Position numbers and translations under genes: made by a program. 20,000 nt of DNA, taken from positions 53,448 through 73,447 of the forward strand of contig BLSG01000132.1 of the NCBI GenBank assembly GCA_012862495.1. Reading direction: 5' to 3'. This DNA is from Thraustochytrium aureum (lineage: Eukaryota). The notes beneath the pieces are model-generated. The model saw only the letters and a list, made by a program, of their open reading frames with translations. It was not told the origin of the DNA and did not search any database. Below, piece by piece: positions 1 to 8,902 of the stretch; the stretch's first letter is position 1; each line of letters opens with the position of its first letter.

Positions 1-2
1 CT

Positions 3-3000
3 GCCGCTTGCCCTTCTCAAGCTCAGGGTTCTCCTGTGCCAGAGCGGCTAGGAAGGAACGACCTGCTGCACGCGTGCAGTACAGGCAACATCGAGACTCT
101 CCTGTGCTGGGTCAACGAGCAGCGCGGGGCCGGGGTCGACATCGTTGCCCGCTTAAACCTTGCAGACTCGCTGGAAGAGGCGCCGCTTGCCATCGCGATT
201 GTCGCTGGCCAGGCCGAGGTCGCCAAAGCGCTTCTCGATCTCGGCGCCCATGCTGACCACAAGCGGTTTGGTGGGTCGCGAAACAAGTCGAGCGCCCTGC
301 ACCTGGCCTCCCGTCACGGCCAACATACTATTGTGAGCCTCCTTCTGGACCGCCTCAGGGGCAGCGCTGCGTCGTTTCAGACCGCAGTTGCAGCCAAGGA
401 TATGCGCGGCCGCACTGCCTTGCATGCCGCGAGCGAGGCTGGACATCTACGCTGTGTGCGCGTCCTCCTCGAAGCAGGCGCCTCCGTGACGGCCAAGGAC
501 AAGGAAGGCAATTCCGCGCTGCACCTGGCCGCGGCGCAGTACAATAGCGGGGATATCTGCGAGGTTTTGCTGCGCAGTGCCGGGCCCAACGGTGCAGCAG
601 CCAATCTGCGCAACAGAAACGGCGAACGCCCACTGCACCTCGCTGCGCGCTTCGGCAACGAGGTGGCCGTGGCCACTCTGATCGCTCGAGGAGCGGACCT
701 CGACGCCCCAGACCGCGAGAGCCTCACGGCTCTTTGCCACGCAGTCAAACAGGGCCATGTTGGGACGGCGGCGCTGCTGTTGGATCGCGGCGCGAGCCTC
801 AAGTTTTCCTGGCGCGATGCCACGAAGCCGCCGCTCGCTGTCAGCACGCCAGGCGGATCGTACTTTTGGCCGGCGCTCAACCTCGCAGGGGCTTCGGGCG
901 ATGTTGACATGATTGAGATGATCCTTGACAAGGTTGAGGCCACGTCGCTCGCGGTCGGAGTCGACACGCTTGATGACGTCTGGCCAGGCGATACTGTGCT
1001 GATGAGCGCGTGCCGCGCTGGGCAGTGGCGATGCGCCGAGTACTTGGTGCAGGTTCGAAAGGCAGATGTGGCGCTCGTCAACCACAACAAGCACTGCGCG
1101 CTTCATGTGGCTCTCGAGGCCGCCACAAACCTCGCGCTTGCTGTGCCGCCCGCGAGTCTGCTGGCGAGCTTGATGGGTAGCGACGCAGTGCTGCGAAGCC
1201 GCGCGAGCGGGCCTCGGACGAGGCCAGTGCTCAGCTCTGCGGCGGGCGCGCTGCTGGCATGCGCCGAATCGAGGGTGGCGCGTAGTGAATCCGCGCACGA
1301 ACGCATACTCCTCGGCGCCGTGCGCGGTCTGCTCGTTCGAGGGGCTTACATGGACGACGACTTTCGCGACTCTATCAGGCAATTTCTCGAACTCGAGTGC
1401 AAGGGGCGGTTTTACGAGTGGGCGCGCGCACAACAAGTCGAAGCATGCCCAGCGCCGCGTGGCGCAGCCGACGCTGCCGGCCCGGTGCAGGGCAAGGCCT
1501 CTCGCGACCTCGCCACGTTTTTCTGGAAACAAAACGGTCTCGCAATGCGCTGCTCTGGGACTCGCACATGCCATCGCGACCCTGCCGAGCTCAAGCGAGC
1601 CATGGACCCCACATTTTGGCGGCAGCTCGCGAGCCTCTACGAGCGGCGCGACCACCTCGCTGGAGACGCAGTTCTTGGCCTCGACGACGGGAGCGAGCTC
1701 GTGGTGCACCGCGTCGTCGTCGCTGCGCGATGCCCCGTCTTTGCCGCTATGTTCGGGGGCTCAATGCGCGAAGCCAGCACAAGGCGTGCAACACTTGCGG
1801 CCCACCACCCGGACACAGTTAGGGCCTTTGTCCGGTTCCTCTACACTGGCGACGCGCTTGCTCTTCCATGCCTTTCGGGTGCGGCATCGATTGCTTTTGG
1901 GGATCGCGGGCCATCCGTTGACGCGTCCGTGGGGCAACAACCTCTCGATATTGCGGACGGTCGAGCAGTGATGGAGCTCGTTCAAGGCGCGGTGGATATG
2001 CTCGTTCTCGCGAACGAGATGCTGCTGGTGGTGCTCGAGCAGCTCTGCTGCCGAGCCGTGGAGGTTGTTTTAACTGCGCACGCTGTGGCGACTCGCGGGC
2101 TCGGCGGCCCTGCTCAGGCGACGAGCCGTTCCCAGCGGCGCGCGCCGCGACTTCGGCGATCGCACATTCGCGAGATTCAAGCGTTTGCGCTCGGCGTTGG
2201 TGCAAGCTCGCTTGCTGCAACCTGCGAGGGAATCCTCGAGTCAATTGCTTGCCGCCAGCCACTTCCTGCGGCACTTGTGGCTGTCGATCACATTCTGCAG
2301 TGCGGCTGCCCGCGGGCGTTCCTCCGACTGTACAACTTGCAGTATTGCTCAGTTCCTGCTTGTGGTGTGACCGTGGATATGGAGCTGCTTTGCCTCGGCG
2401 TCGGCGTCGGCGTGGACGACCTCGCGGTGATGCGACCGATCCATTTGGCCGCACTTATCTCTGCGCATGGCAGCGAGTATGTCACCACGGACGTGGCGGC
2501 GGTGGCCCAAGCGCCGCGCCTCTCCGACTATGTCTGCCAGGTCGAGCGCGCGCTAACGGCCCTCCCTCTATCGCCCCGCATGCAGTGCTCAGCGGCGATG
2601 CTCGATGCATTCCGGGCGACCTGCGCAGGTGAGGCCGTTCAAGGGGAATTGGACGCGGCCGCGCTTGGCGCTGATGTCGAGCTTTTTGTTGGGGACGGAG
2701 CACAGGGGATACTGGCGCATTGGGCGATCCTGAGCCTGAAAAGCAAGTGGTTTCGCAGCGAGCTTGAGCGGCTACGGGGGCGTAGCGGCACATGTGGCTC
2801 TGAGGTGGACTGTGCTGAGCCGCGCGCGGCGGCCGTCCGCTTGAGCGCTCTTTCGCGAAGGTGCGGCTTGCCATTTCGCCGCTCGTCCTGGCTCGCTGTG
2901 CTCTGTTTTTGCTATGCCGGCAAACTAGACGAGGGCCGCTTGCCGCGTTCCTTGGACGAGGTCGTCGAGCTGATCGAGCTCGCAGAGCTGCTCGGCATAC

Positions 3001-3317
3001 CTTACCTAGCCTCGGTCGTGGAGGTCCTTTTGGACGACGTCCCAGTTGGTGAAGTATCGTGCACGTCCGAGGTGAGTGCCGCAGACCTCCTGCTCGCGGA
3101 CGAGGTGCACCCATGTTTGTGGTCGTTGGAGATCAAATTCCGCGCCTCCCTCCTTCAGGTAGAGTGTGCTGACACGTTTCAGACCGCCTGCAGGCGGCTC
3201 TGGACCGGGTCCGTGACGCCCGCGACAGCGAGGTGCAGGCAGGACTGCCACTCCCGCACCGCTGCGCGCTCCTCGCGCTCTCGCGGTCACTCACCTCTTG
3301 ATCAAGTAACAGTGTAA
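3..3317 (+). CDS. Ankyrin-repeat and tandem BTB/POZ domain protein (probable Cullin-3 adaptor), 5'-truncated
   Basis: Frame is open from base 3; the listed start at 36 is a GTG. Multiple ankyrin repeats (SALHLASRHGQHTIVSLLL, GRTALHAASEAGHLRCVRVLLEAGA, GNSALHLAA, GERPLHLAARFGN, TALCHAVKQGH). BTB1 at about 1660-2060 (VVHRVVVAARCPVFAAMFGGSMREA...FVRFLYTG). BTB2 at about 2670-3030 (ADVELFVG...AHWAILSLKSKWF...LCFCYAG...LIELAELLGIPYL). The exact C-terminus is uncertain. Confidence 0.88.
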   Translation, partial: AACPSQAQGSPVPERLGRNDLLHACSTGNIETLLCWVNEQRGAGVDIVARLNLADSLEEAPLAIAIVAGQAEVAKALLDLGAHADHKRFGGSRNKSSALHLASRHGQHTIVSLLLDRLRGSAASFQTAVAAKDMRGRTALHAASEAGHLRCVRVLLEAGASVTAKDKEGNSALHLAAAQYNSGDICEVLLRSAGPNGAAANLRNRNGERPLHLAARFGNEVAVATLIARGADLDAPDRESLTALCHAVKQGHVGTAALLLDRGASLKFSWRDATKPPLAVSTPGGSYFWPALNLAGASGDVDMIEMILDKVEATSLAVGVDTLDDVWPGDTVLMSACRAGQWRCAEYLVQVRKADVALVNHNKHCALHVALEAATNLALAVPPASLLASLMGSDAVLRSRASGPRTRPVLSSAAGALLACAESRVARSESAHERILLGAVRGLLVRGAYMDDDFRDSIRQFLELECKGRFYEWARAQQVEACPAPRGAADAAGPVQGKASRDLATFFWKQNGLAMRCSGTRTCHRDPAELKRAMDPTFWRQLASLYERRDHLAGDAVLGLDDGSELVVHRVVVAARCPVFAAMFGGSMREASTRRATLAAHHPDTVRAFVRFLYTGDALALPCLSGAASIAFGDRGPSVDASVGQQPLDIADGRAVMELVQGAVDMLVLANEMLLVVLEQLCCRAVEVVLTAHAVATRGLGGPAQATSRSQRRAPRLRRSHIREIQAFALGVGASSLAATCEGILESIACRQPLPAALVAVDHILQCGCPRAFLRLYNLQYCSVPACGVTVDMELLCLGVGVGVDDLAVMRPIHLAALISAHGSEYVTTDVAAVAQAPRLSDYVCQVERALTALPLSPRMQCSAAMLDAFRATCAGEAVQGELDAAALGADVELFVGDGAQGILAHWAILSLKSKWFRSELERLRGRSGTCGSEVDCAEPRAAAVRLSALSRRCGLPFRRSSWLAVLCFCYAGKLDEGRLPRSLDEVVELIELAELLGIPYLASVVEVLLDDVPVGEVSCTSEVSAADLLLADEVHPCLWSLEIKFRASLLQVECADTFQTACRRLWTGSVTPATARCRQDCHSRTAARSSRSRGHSPLDQVTV

Positions 3318-3902
3318 ATAATAGACTTGATCGGACGCGTTGCCTCGTGCACAGCAAGAGCGCTGCCAGTTTGCGTTTGTGCGAGCTCGCAGTGGCTGCA
3401 TTTGATCGTTTGCAAGGCGGACGAATCCTTCGAGTTGTACGCCGTTCTCGTGTCGCAGAGGTTGCTGTCGCGAGTCGCGCAGCCTGTCGTTGATTCGCAA
3501 GGCCAATCGGCTTGCGTCGCGCGCAGGGACGCCCGACCAGGCACAGGGCGACAAGGTACCCAGAGTACCCCGCCTTTTGCCGTCGTTGAATCGAATTCAG
3601 TCGATTCAAGAACACGCAAACGAACGCCACCCGCGCCCAAAAGCCATGCGAAGCATGCGAAGGACGCCTCGCGCGCTCTTGGGCTTTCACGCAGCCGGCG
3701 CCGCAGCGCGTCGAGCGCGGTTTTGCCCTGGAAAAATCGGTCCATCGCCTCGTTTTCATGAACAGAACAGGAAATCCAAATCCATCAAAAATGACAAGCA
3801 TGCGGAAGGAGTTGAAGACATACGCGCAACTGAGCGAGCGGTGTCTGGGCCGCGCGCAGGCAAGACGGCCCGTAGGTCTCGCGTAGCGTATCGCGGAGCA
3901 AG

Positions 3903-5000
3903 ATGTTGAAGCGGGCCCAGGCGCAGCTCACGCGGCTTCTCGCGAGTAGTTTGCCGCCGGGCGAGCGCGAAGGGCTCGTCAAAGCGCTGGATCCAACGCT
4001 CGTGTCGGCCAAGTCGGCCGTGGCCACGCTGACCGGCGAGCTGAGCAAGGCCAAGGCCCTCCACGACGAAGCCGAGAGGCAGAGGGCGGGCCTGGAGGAG
4101 AGCCTGAAGAGTGCTCGGGAATCGCTGTCGAAACTCGAGCGAGAGGCGCAGGAAAGCAAAGCCGGGCTCGCTGCGGTGCAGGAACAACTTCGACAGCGGA
4201 CCCGCGATGAGACGCACCCGATTTATGGAAAGCTCTTGTTCGACTTTGGGTACAAGAAGGCCTACGCGTCGGAACCAAAGCGGCTCACAGACAAGGTCGT
4301 GCTTCCGGTGTGGGAAAAGCAGCGTATTTTCCGTCCCGAGCGGGCCAAGCAAATCGCGAAAGCAAAGACGAAAGACCGCCGTTTCGGGTTCCCAGGCGCG
4401 ATCACAGTCTACGACTTGGACCAGCCGGGAAAGCGAGGCATAGTCGACGGGCAGCACCGCATCGGCGGCCTGGAGCTCCTCCTGCGAGAGGGAGATTGGC
4501 CGGAGGCCCAACTCTTGCTCACAGAGGTCTACACGGTCGGCGACGCCGATGCTAATAAGGCAGTCGGAGACCTCTTTCTGGAGATTAACCAAGCGCAGCC
4601 CGCGATCGAGCTGGACTTGCCTGGCTTCGCGGACGACCTTGTCAAGACCGCAATTGACGAGGTTACCGCGATCCTTGCCGAGGACTTTCCAGAGATGTTC
4701 AAGCCGAGCTCGCGGTGCCGCCCCCCGCACCTCAACGTGGACAACTTTCGCCAGGAGCTTTTCAACAGCGAGAAGGCGAAGGAGGTGATACATGGAGCTC
4801 CGACGAGCGATCCAGAAGGGGCAACCAAAGCTTTGCTTGCGTGGGTGCTTGACCGAAACTCGCGGCTGGCTGCTCGGGAGCTGAACGACTGGACCTCAAG
4901 CTCGCTTGTCCGCATCAAGAACCCGGACACGCTTACGAAGGCTCTGGCAAAGTGCAAGGTGAACGGGTTTTATCTTGGGTTGGACGTGTCTTGGCTGTAG
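3903..5000 (+). CDS. Coiled-coil + DGQHR-domain (DndB/ParB-like superfamily) protein
   Basis: Intact 365-aa ATG ORF. Heptad-rich N-terminal part (about aa 33-100), followed by WEKQR (QR at 4320-4325), GIVDGQHR (DGQHR at 4446-4460) and FLEIN (4575-4589), the QR...DGQHR...FxxxN signature of the family. Confidence 0.85.
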   Translation: MLKRAQAQLTRLLASSLPPGEREGLVKALDPTLVSAKSAVATLTGELSKAKALHDEAERQRAGLEESLKSARESLSKLEREAQESKAGLAAVQEQLRQRTRDETHPIYGKLLFDFGYKKAYASEPKRLTDKVVLPVWEKQRIFRPERAKQIAKAKTKDRRFGFPGAITVYDLDQPGKRGIVDGQHRIGGLELLLREGDWPEAQLLLTEVYTVGDADANKAVGDLFLEINQAQPAIELDLPGFADDLVKTAIDEVTAILAEDFPEMFKPSSRCRPPHLNVDNFRQELFNSEKAKEVIHGAPTSDPEGATKALLAWVLDRNSRLAARELNDWTSSSLVRIKNPDTLTKALAKCKVNGFYLGLDVSWL

Positions 5001-5228
5001 CCGAGACACAGAGCGAAGACCTTAACAAGAACGCACCTCTTGGTGGAGCCTTCTGGTCTGCCCTTCCCACCTTGGGCCGGCTCGTTCGGAGCGGCCTACT
5101 ACCGTGAGTAGCTCTGCTCTCTCTCTAGCTAGTAGCTAGAGCAAGCAAGCAGTTAGAGAGCGGCAGCTACGAAGCGTTTAAAAAAGAAATGGCTCGCTGC
5201 TAGCGAGCACCCGCACCTTCACAGATCA

Positions 5229-6422
5229 TCAAAGGGTAGAAGCGCGTGCAAGAGCGCGCTGCGCGTCGTCGAGACCGCCATATGAGGCCTGGCACCCCTT
5301 GCTTTGAACACTGACTGCTGCCGCCGCGCAGGCCAAGCGAGTTGCGCTACAGAGCTGCTCAATAGAATCCCAGTCTGAAGCCTGCGCGAGTTTCCATGCG
5401 AGAGCGCCAATAAAGGCGTCGCCTGCCCCCGTGGTGTCGACAACGGGCGACTCGAGCGGCGGAGGTGCCACCCAAACGCCATGCGAGCCCGCCTTTGCGC
5501 TCAGCACGTACGCTCCTCGCTTGCCCACCGTGAGAATCAGTGCTTTGACCTTGAGGCGGTCGAGCAGCTCTGCAGCAGAGTCCTCGATGCTGGGGGGCTG
5601 GGGGCCTTGGAAGCTCTTGCCCAATAGCAGCGCCGTTTCAGTCTCGTTCGGTACGAGCACGTCAACGGCAGCGAGAAGCATTGAATCCGCTGCAAGAGCC
5701 GCCGTGGCTGGCGCAGGGTTGAAGACAGTGATTTTGCCAAGCTCCCGGGCCATGCAAAGAGCGGCTCTTGTTGCGTCCAGTGGAACTTCATTCTGGCACA
5801 CGACCACTCGGCTCGCCTCGAAAGCGGCGCGTTGGGCCGCAATGGCCGGGCGTCGAGAGCGTAGTTGGCCCCAGGGAACAAGATGATCGTGTTTTCCCCT
5901 TGAGCGTCCACCGTGATCGTGGCCACGCCAGTTGGGGACGTAGGGTGGAGCGCGACGAGCGCTGTGTCCACTCCAGCGCCGCGCAAGCTCTGGCAGAGGC
6001 GCTTGCCGAAGGCGTCGTCTCCGACGCTCCCGAGCATGGCCACGTGCGGCGCGAGCTCGCCTCGAGCTGCTGGATCTCGGCTCATCTTGGCCGCCATCAC
6101 AGCCTGGTTGGCGCCTTTGCCGCCACTGGCCGTGTGGTGGGCCGTCCCTGTGAGCGTCTCCCCCGGGTTCGGGAACCGCTCGACGTAGTTGAACACGTCC
6201 ATGTTGAGGCTTCCAACGAAGAGNNNNNNNNNNNNNNNNNNNNNNNNNNNNNNNNNNNNNNNNNNNNNNNNNNNNNNNNNNNNNNNNNNNNNNNNNNNNN
6301 NNNNNNNNNNNNNNNNNNNNNNNNNNNNNNNNNNNNNNNNNNNNNNNNNNNNTTCCAACGAAGAGCAGCCCGTTCGCGGGAGGCGGGCCAACATCGCCGC
6401 CCTCGCCTGCCTCTCCTGCCAT
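5229..6422 (-). CDS. RBKS: Ribokinase (PfkB family), interrupted by a spurious N gap and one frameshift
   Basis: Motifs VGSLNMD, FPNPGET, GGKGANQA, GSVGDDAFG, TGVATITVDAQGENTI, QNEVP, FNPAP, PNETE, DTTGAGDAFIGALA. ATG at 6422 (MAGEAGEGGDVGPPPANGLLFVG). Frame switches at about 5848-5850; one extra C on the minus strand gives DAPAIAAQ. Confidence 0.93.
   Translation of the reverse strand: MAGEAGEGGDVGPPPANGLLFVGXXXXXXXXXXXXXXXXXXXXXXXXXXXXXXXXXXXXXXXXXXXXLRWKPQHGRVQLRRAVPEPGGDAHRDGPPHGQWRQRRQPGCDGGQDEPRSSSSRRARAARGHARERRRRRLRQAPLPELARRWSGHSARRAPPYVPNWRGHDHGGRSRGKHDHLVPWGQLRSRRPAIAAQRAAFEASRVVVCQNEVPLDATRAALCMARELGKITVFNPAPATAALAADSMLLAAVDVLVPNETETALLLGKSFQGPQPPSIEDSAAELLDRLKVKALILTVGKRGAYVLSAKAGSHGVWVAPPPLESPVVDTTGAGDAFIGALAWKLAQASDWDSIEQLCSATRLACAAAAVSVQSKGCQASYGGLDDAQRALARASTL
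6224..6352. other. Assembly gap (N run), probably spurious because the flanks overlap
   Basis: ttccaacgaagag occurs at both 6211-6223 and 6353-6365. Confidence 0.9.
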
Positions 6423-6916
6423 CCTCCACTGCCGCAGCCGGCGCCTTGCAGGCGTACGCGCGAGGGCCCCGCGGTCTCTCGGCTTGTCGCAGCACGGGGC
6501 GCAAATGTCGCAGCCGAGGAGTGTTTTTTCACCAATCCGCCAAGGAGCGCCCAGCGAGCCTCGAGGAGGCAGCGCGCCCGCTCCAAGCGAGCTCCCAGGA
6601 GGCGCCGCGTTCGTTCCGAGCGAGCTCGAGCCCTTTGTCGAGGGGGTTGAACGGGGAAAGCGAGCAGGCTGCCAGCCACGACACAAGTCTGCAGCGCGAG
6701 CGTCAGCCAGCTCGTCCGGCACTCCTGCATCTCTAGTAGCTAGAGACTGTAGACCAGAACAGCTCGTCCGTGCTGGCTGGCACTTCGGTGGGCCGCCAGC
6801 GCCCGGCTGTGGGTTGAGCAGCACGGAGCGGTCAAACGCGAGTTACTCTATATTCTATTCATCAAGGGTGTCTGACTTCTCGAGCCCTGCAAGCCGCAGC
6901 TGGCTCGGCCAGTCGC

Positions 6917-8467
6917 TCAAGCGCCGCGGAAGAGCGGGTTTACTGACGCCAGCTGCGTCGCGTCAGGGCGCGTCATGAAACTCGCATCTGGCAAAGCCAC
7001 CTCAGCTCCGGACCCGAGGACGCCTCCCCGGCCAGACTCGTGGTTCTGGCCGCGGTAGCGGCGCACCTGGACAGCGATGAGTGCGGCAACGAGAGCTGCG
7101 GCGCCTGCGCCGATCGCGACGCCCGCTGCCGGGCCAACGGCCTCGGTCGAGTTGTTGCTCGGCGCTGGTGGCTCGGGCACCGCCACAGTAGGGCTTGGAC
7201 CATTGATGAACTGCGGCTCCACGGAGAGACTGTCGAGGCTTTCCATATCCTCAACGCTGAATGCAGCGACGGTTGTGGCGACCAAGCCCGCGGAGGCGAA
7301 CTGGCCAAGGTCCGCGCTCGCAGCGATTGCGGCTGCAGCAGACGTGGAGCCCGCAACGTCCTTTGTCGCCACGAGGAACACCATTTCAACGGCGTCACCG
7401 TCCCGCGCCTTCATGCTGGCGAGGCGGACGGTCGTCTCGGCCGGCAGCGGTGCGGCCGCAGCGAGAACGGGTGCCACGCTGTCGTCCAAATCGCAGGCGG
7501 TGCATTGCCCGGGCCGCCGAGCAAACTTGACCGCCTCGCCGCCCCGGAACGCAGCAGGCGCAGAGGGGATGGTGCCAACGACGCGGAGGGCCGAAAGAAC
7601 AAGCCCGGAACCGCAGCTCTTGAGCACAGGGAGAGCCTGCTGGACCGACTCGCCGGTGAGAAGGTCACCGCGAATCGCCGCCAAGATGGCCCACAAGTCA
7701 GTCGTGACAATTTGGCAGATGCTCGGGTACTTGCCGCCATCGCCGAGGTAGCAAGCGATGTGAGAAGTGAAGGCATCCTTTCGCAGCGCCGAGCACGGGA
7801 TCGGGTGCTCCAGCTTCGGGACAAGCGCTTGTTGCAGGCAGGCTCTGACGCTCTCCATCCAAAGGAGCCCCTGGGTGGAAAACTTGTCACGAACTGCGCC
7901 AAAGTCGTTGCACTTGCGGTCGCCATACTGGAGCGCATACTCGGCGTCGTCCCCGATGCAAGGGACGGCGGCGTTCAAACAGTCGCCGTACCAGTTGCAC
8001 GTCGACGTCTCAAACGTGGGAGCAGTGCAAGACGGCGCCAGGGAAACAGGCTCCAAGCAATACGAAACTGTGGCCGTGCCGCCGCTGGAGAGGGTGACCA
8101 GCGCTTCGTTTGTGCATTCTCGTTGCGCAGGGCAGCGCGGCTGGACCTCGCCTGTGCCGATCAGGTCGTCTGCTACCACGTCCTTGTCGAAGACTTGAAT
8201 GCGGACAACGTCGCCCGTCTTGAAGGCGCGTGGCGGGCAGGACATCGTCCAGAGCGGATTGGCAGAGTTTTCCACCACGTTGGTCGAGCACTTGTTTCCT
8301 GCCCCGTACGTGGCTACCGCGAAAGCGTCTGCCTTGGAGAAGAGGTCTGCGCTCGGGAGGTCGCTGCCGCGCAGAACGCTCAGCTCGCTCATGATGCAGT
8401 GCCCGTTCGCCGAGCGCACCGCGCCAGCAGCCGCCGCCGCCACTGCAGCCAAAACAACGCGCGTCAT
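6917..8467 (-). CDS. Predicted type I membrane protein: signal peptide, C2 domain, stanniocalcin-like Cys-rich domain, stalk, single TM helix
   Basis: Hydrophobic N-terminus MTRVVLAAVAAAAAGAVRS. C2 motifs LRGSDLPSADLFSKADAF, TNVVENSANPLW, VRIQVFDKDVVADDLIG. Cys-rich block CNWYGDCL...YGDRKCNDF...KFSTQGLLWMESVRACLQQAL...CSALRKDAFTSHIACY...SIC. TM segment GVAIGAGAAALVAALIAV followed by RRYR. Confidence 0.85.
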   Translation of the reverse strand: MTRVVLAAVAAAAAGAVRSANGHCIMSELSVLRGSDLPSADLFSKADAFAVATYGAGNKCSTNVVENSANPLWTMSCPPRAFKTGDVVRIQVFDKDVVADDLIGTGEVQPRCPAQRECTNEALVTLSSGGTATVSYCLEPVSLAPSCTAPTFETSTCNWYGDCLNAAVPCIGDDAEYALQYGDRKCNDFGAVRDKFSTQGLLWMESVRACLQQALVPKLEHPIPCSALRKDAFTSHIACYLGDGGKYPSICQIVTTDLWAILAAIRGDLLTGESVQQALPVLKSCGSGLVLSALRVVGTIPSAPAAFRGGEAVKFARRPGQCTACDLDDSVAPVLAAAAPLPAETTVRLASMKARDGDAVEMVFLVATKDVAGSTSAAAAIAASADLGQFASAGLVATTVAAFSVEDMESLDSLSVEPQFINGPSPTVAVPEPPAPSNNSTEAVGPAAGVAIGAGAAALVAALIAVQVRRYRGQNHESGRGGVLGSGAEVALPDASFMTRPDATQLASVNPLFRGA

Positions 8468-8845
8468 CGTTCGAGCCGGCCACGGCCTGTTCTCAACGCG
8501 GATGGATGTCTGGTGACCTTTTCGGGTTTGGCTGATTGCAGCAGTGATTGGTGATCATGCTACCCGCAGCACCAGCTCGCTCGCGACCTCCTCAAAGGCA
8601 ATCGCATTTCACATGCGCGACACGCTCATGTTCCTGCGCGTGCGAATGTACTACCTCTAGTACTAGGATGTAAGTACCTGCAAGCCCGCGGGAAGCCTCC
8701 CTTCACTTGAAATTGGAGATGAACGGCCTCCTGCTGATGGCTGACGCGCCGCGCCGCGCGAGATCGGCCAACTCGAACTCTTTACTTCCGCGGCGGCGCG
8801 CGCGGATTGCAGTCGGCGCGTGTGGCAGGCCGCTGCAGGCGAACA

Positions 8846-8902
8846 ATGTCTGAACAAAAGAAGCTCATGAACAGAGAGCTGATCGCCAAAGAAAACGCAA
8901 AA
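8846..8902 (+). CDS. Possible 5' fragment of a small gene running into an assembly gap
   Basis: aacaATG context, then MSEQKKLMNRELIAKENAK with coding-like composition before the N run. No family recognised. Confidence 0.3.

Noticed and set aside
3327..3761. 144-aa ORF between the ankyrin-BTB and DGQHR genes
   Set aside because: Non-ATG start, no motifs, low-complexity Arg/Ser tail; likely UTR/promoter sequence.
3903..5000. DNA phosphorothioation (dnd) or other prokaryotic defence operon around the DGQHR gene
   Set aside because: No dndA/C/D/E-like or other defence genes nearby; the neighbours are eukaryotic genes.
5229..6422. Ribokinase and the other frameshifted genes as pseudogenes
   Set aside because: Catalytic motifs are intact with no nonsense codons; isolated indels in homopolymers fit sequencing error better.
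7040..8554. Long antisense ORFs (also 447-1709, 3756-4793, 12377-13921)
   Set aside because: Shadow ORFs opposite real genes in GC-rich DNA, with no recognisable motifs.
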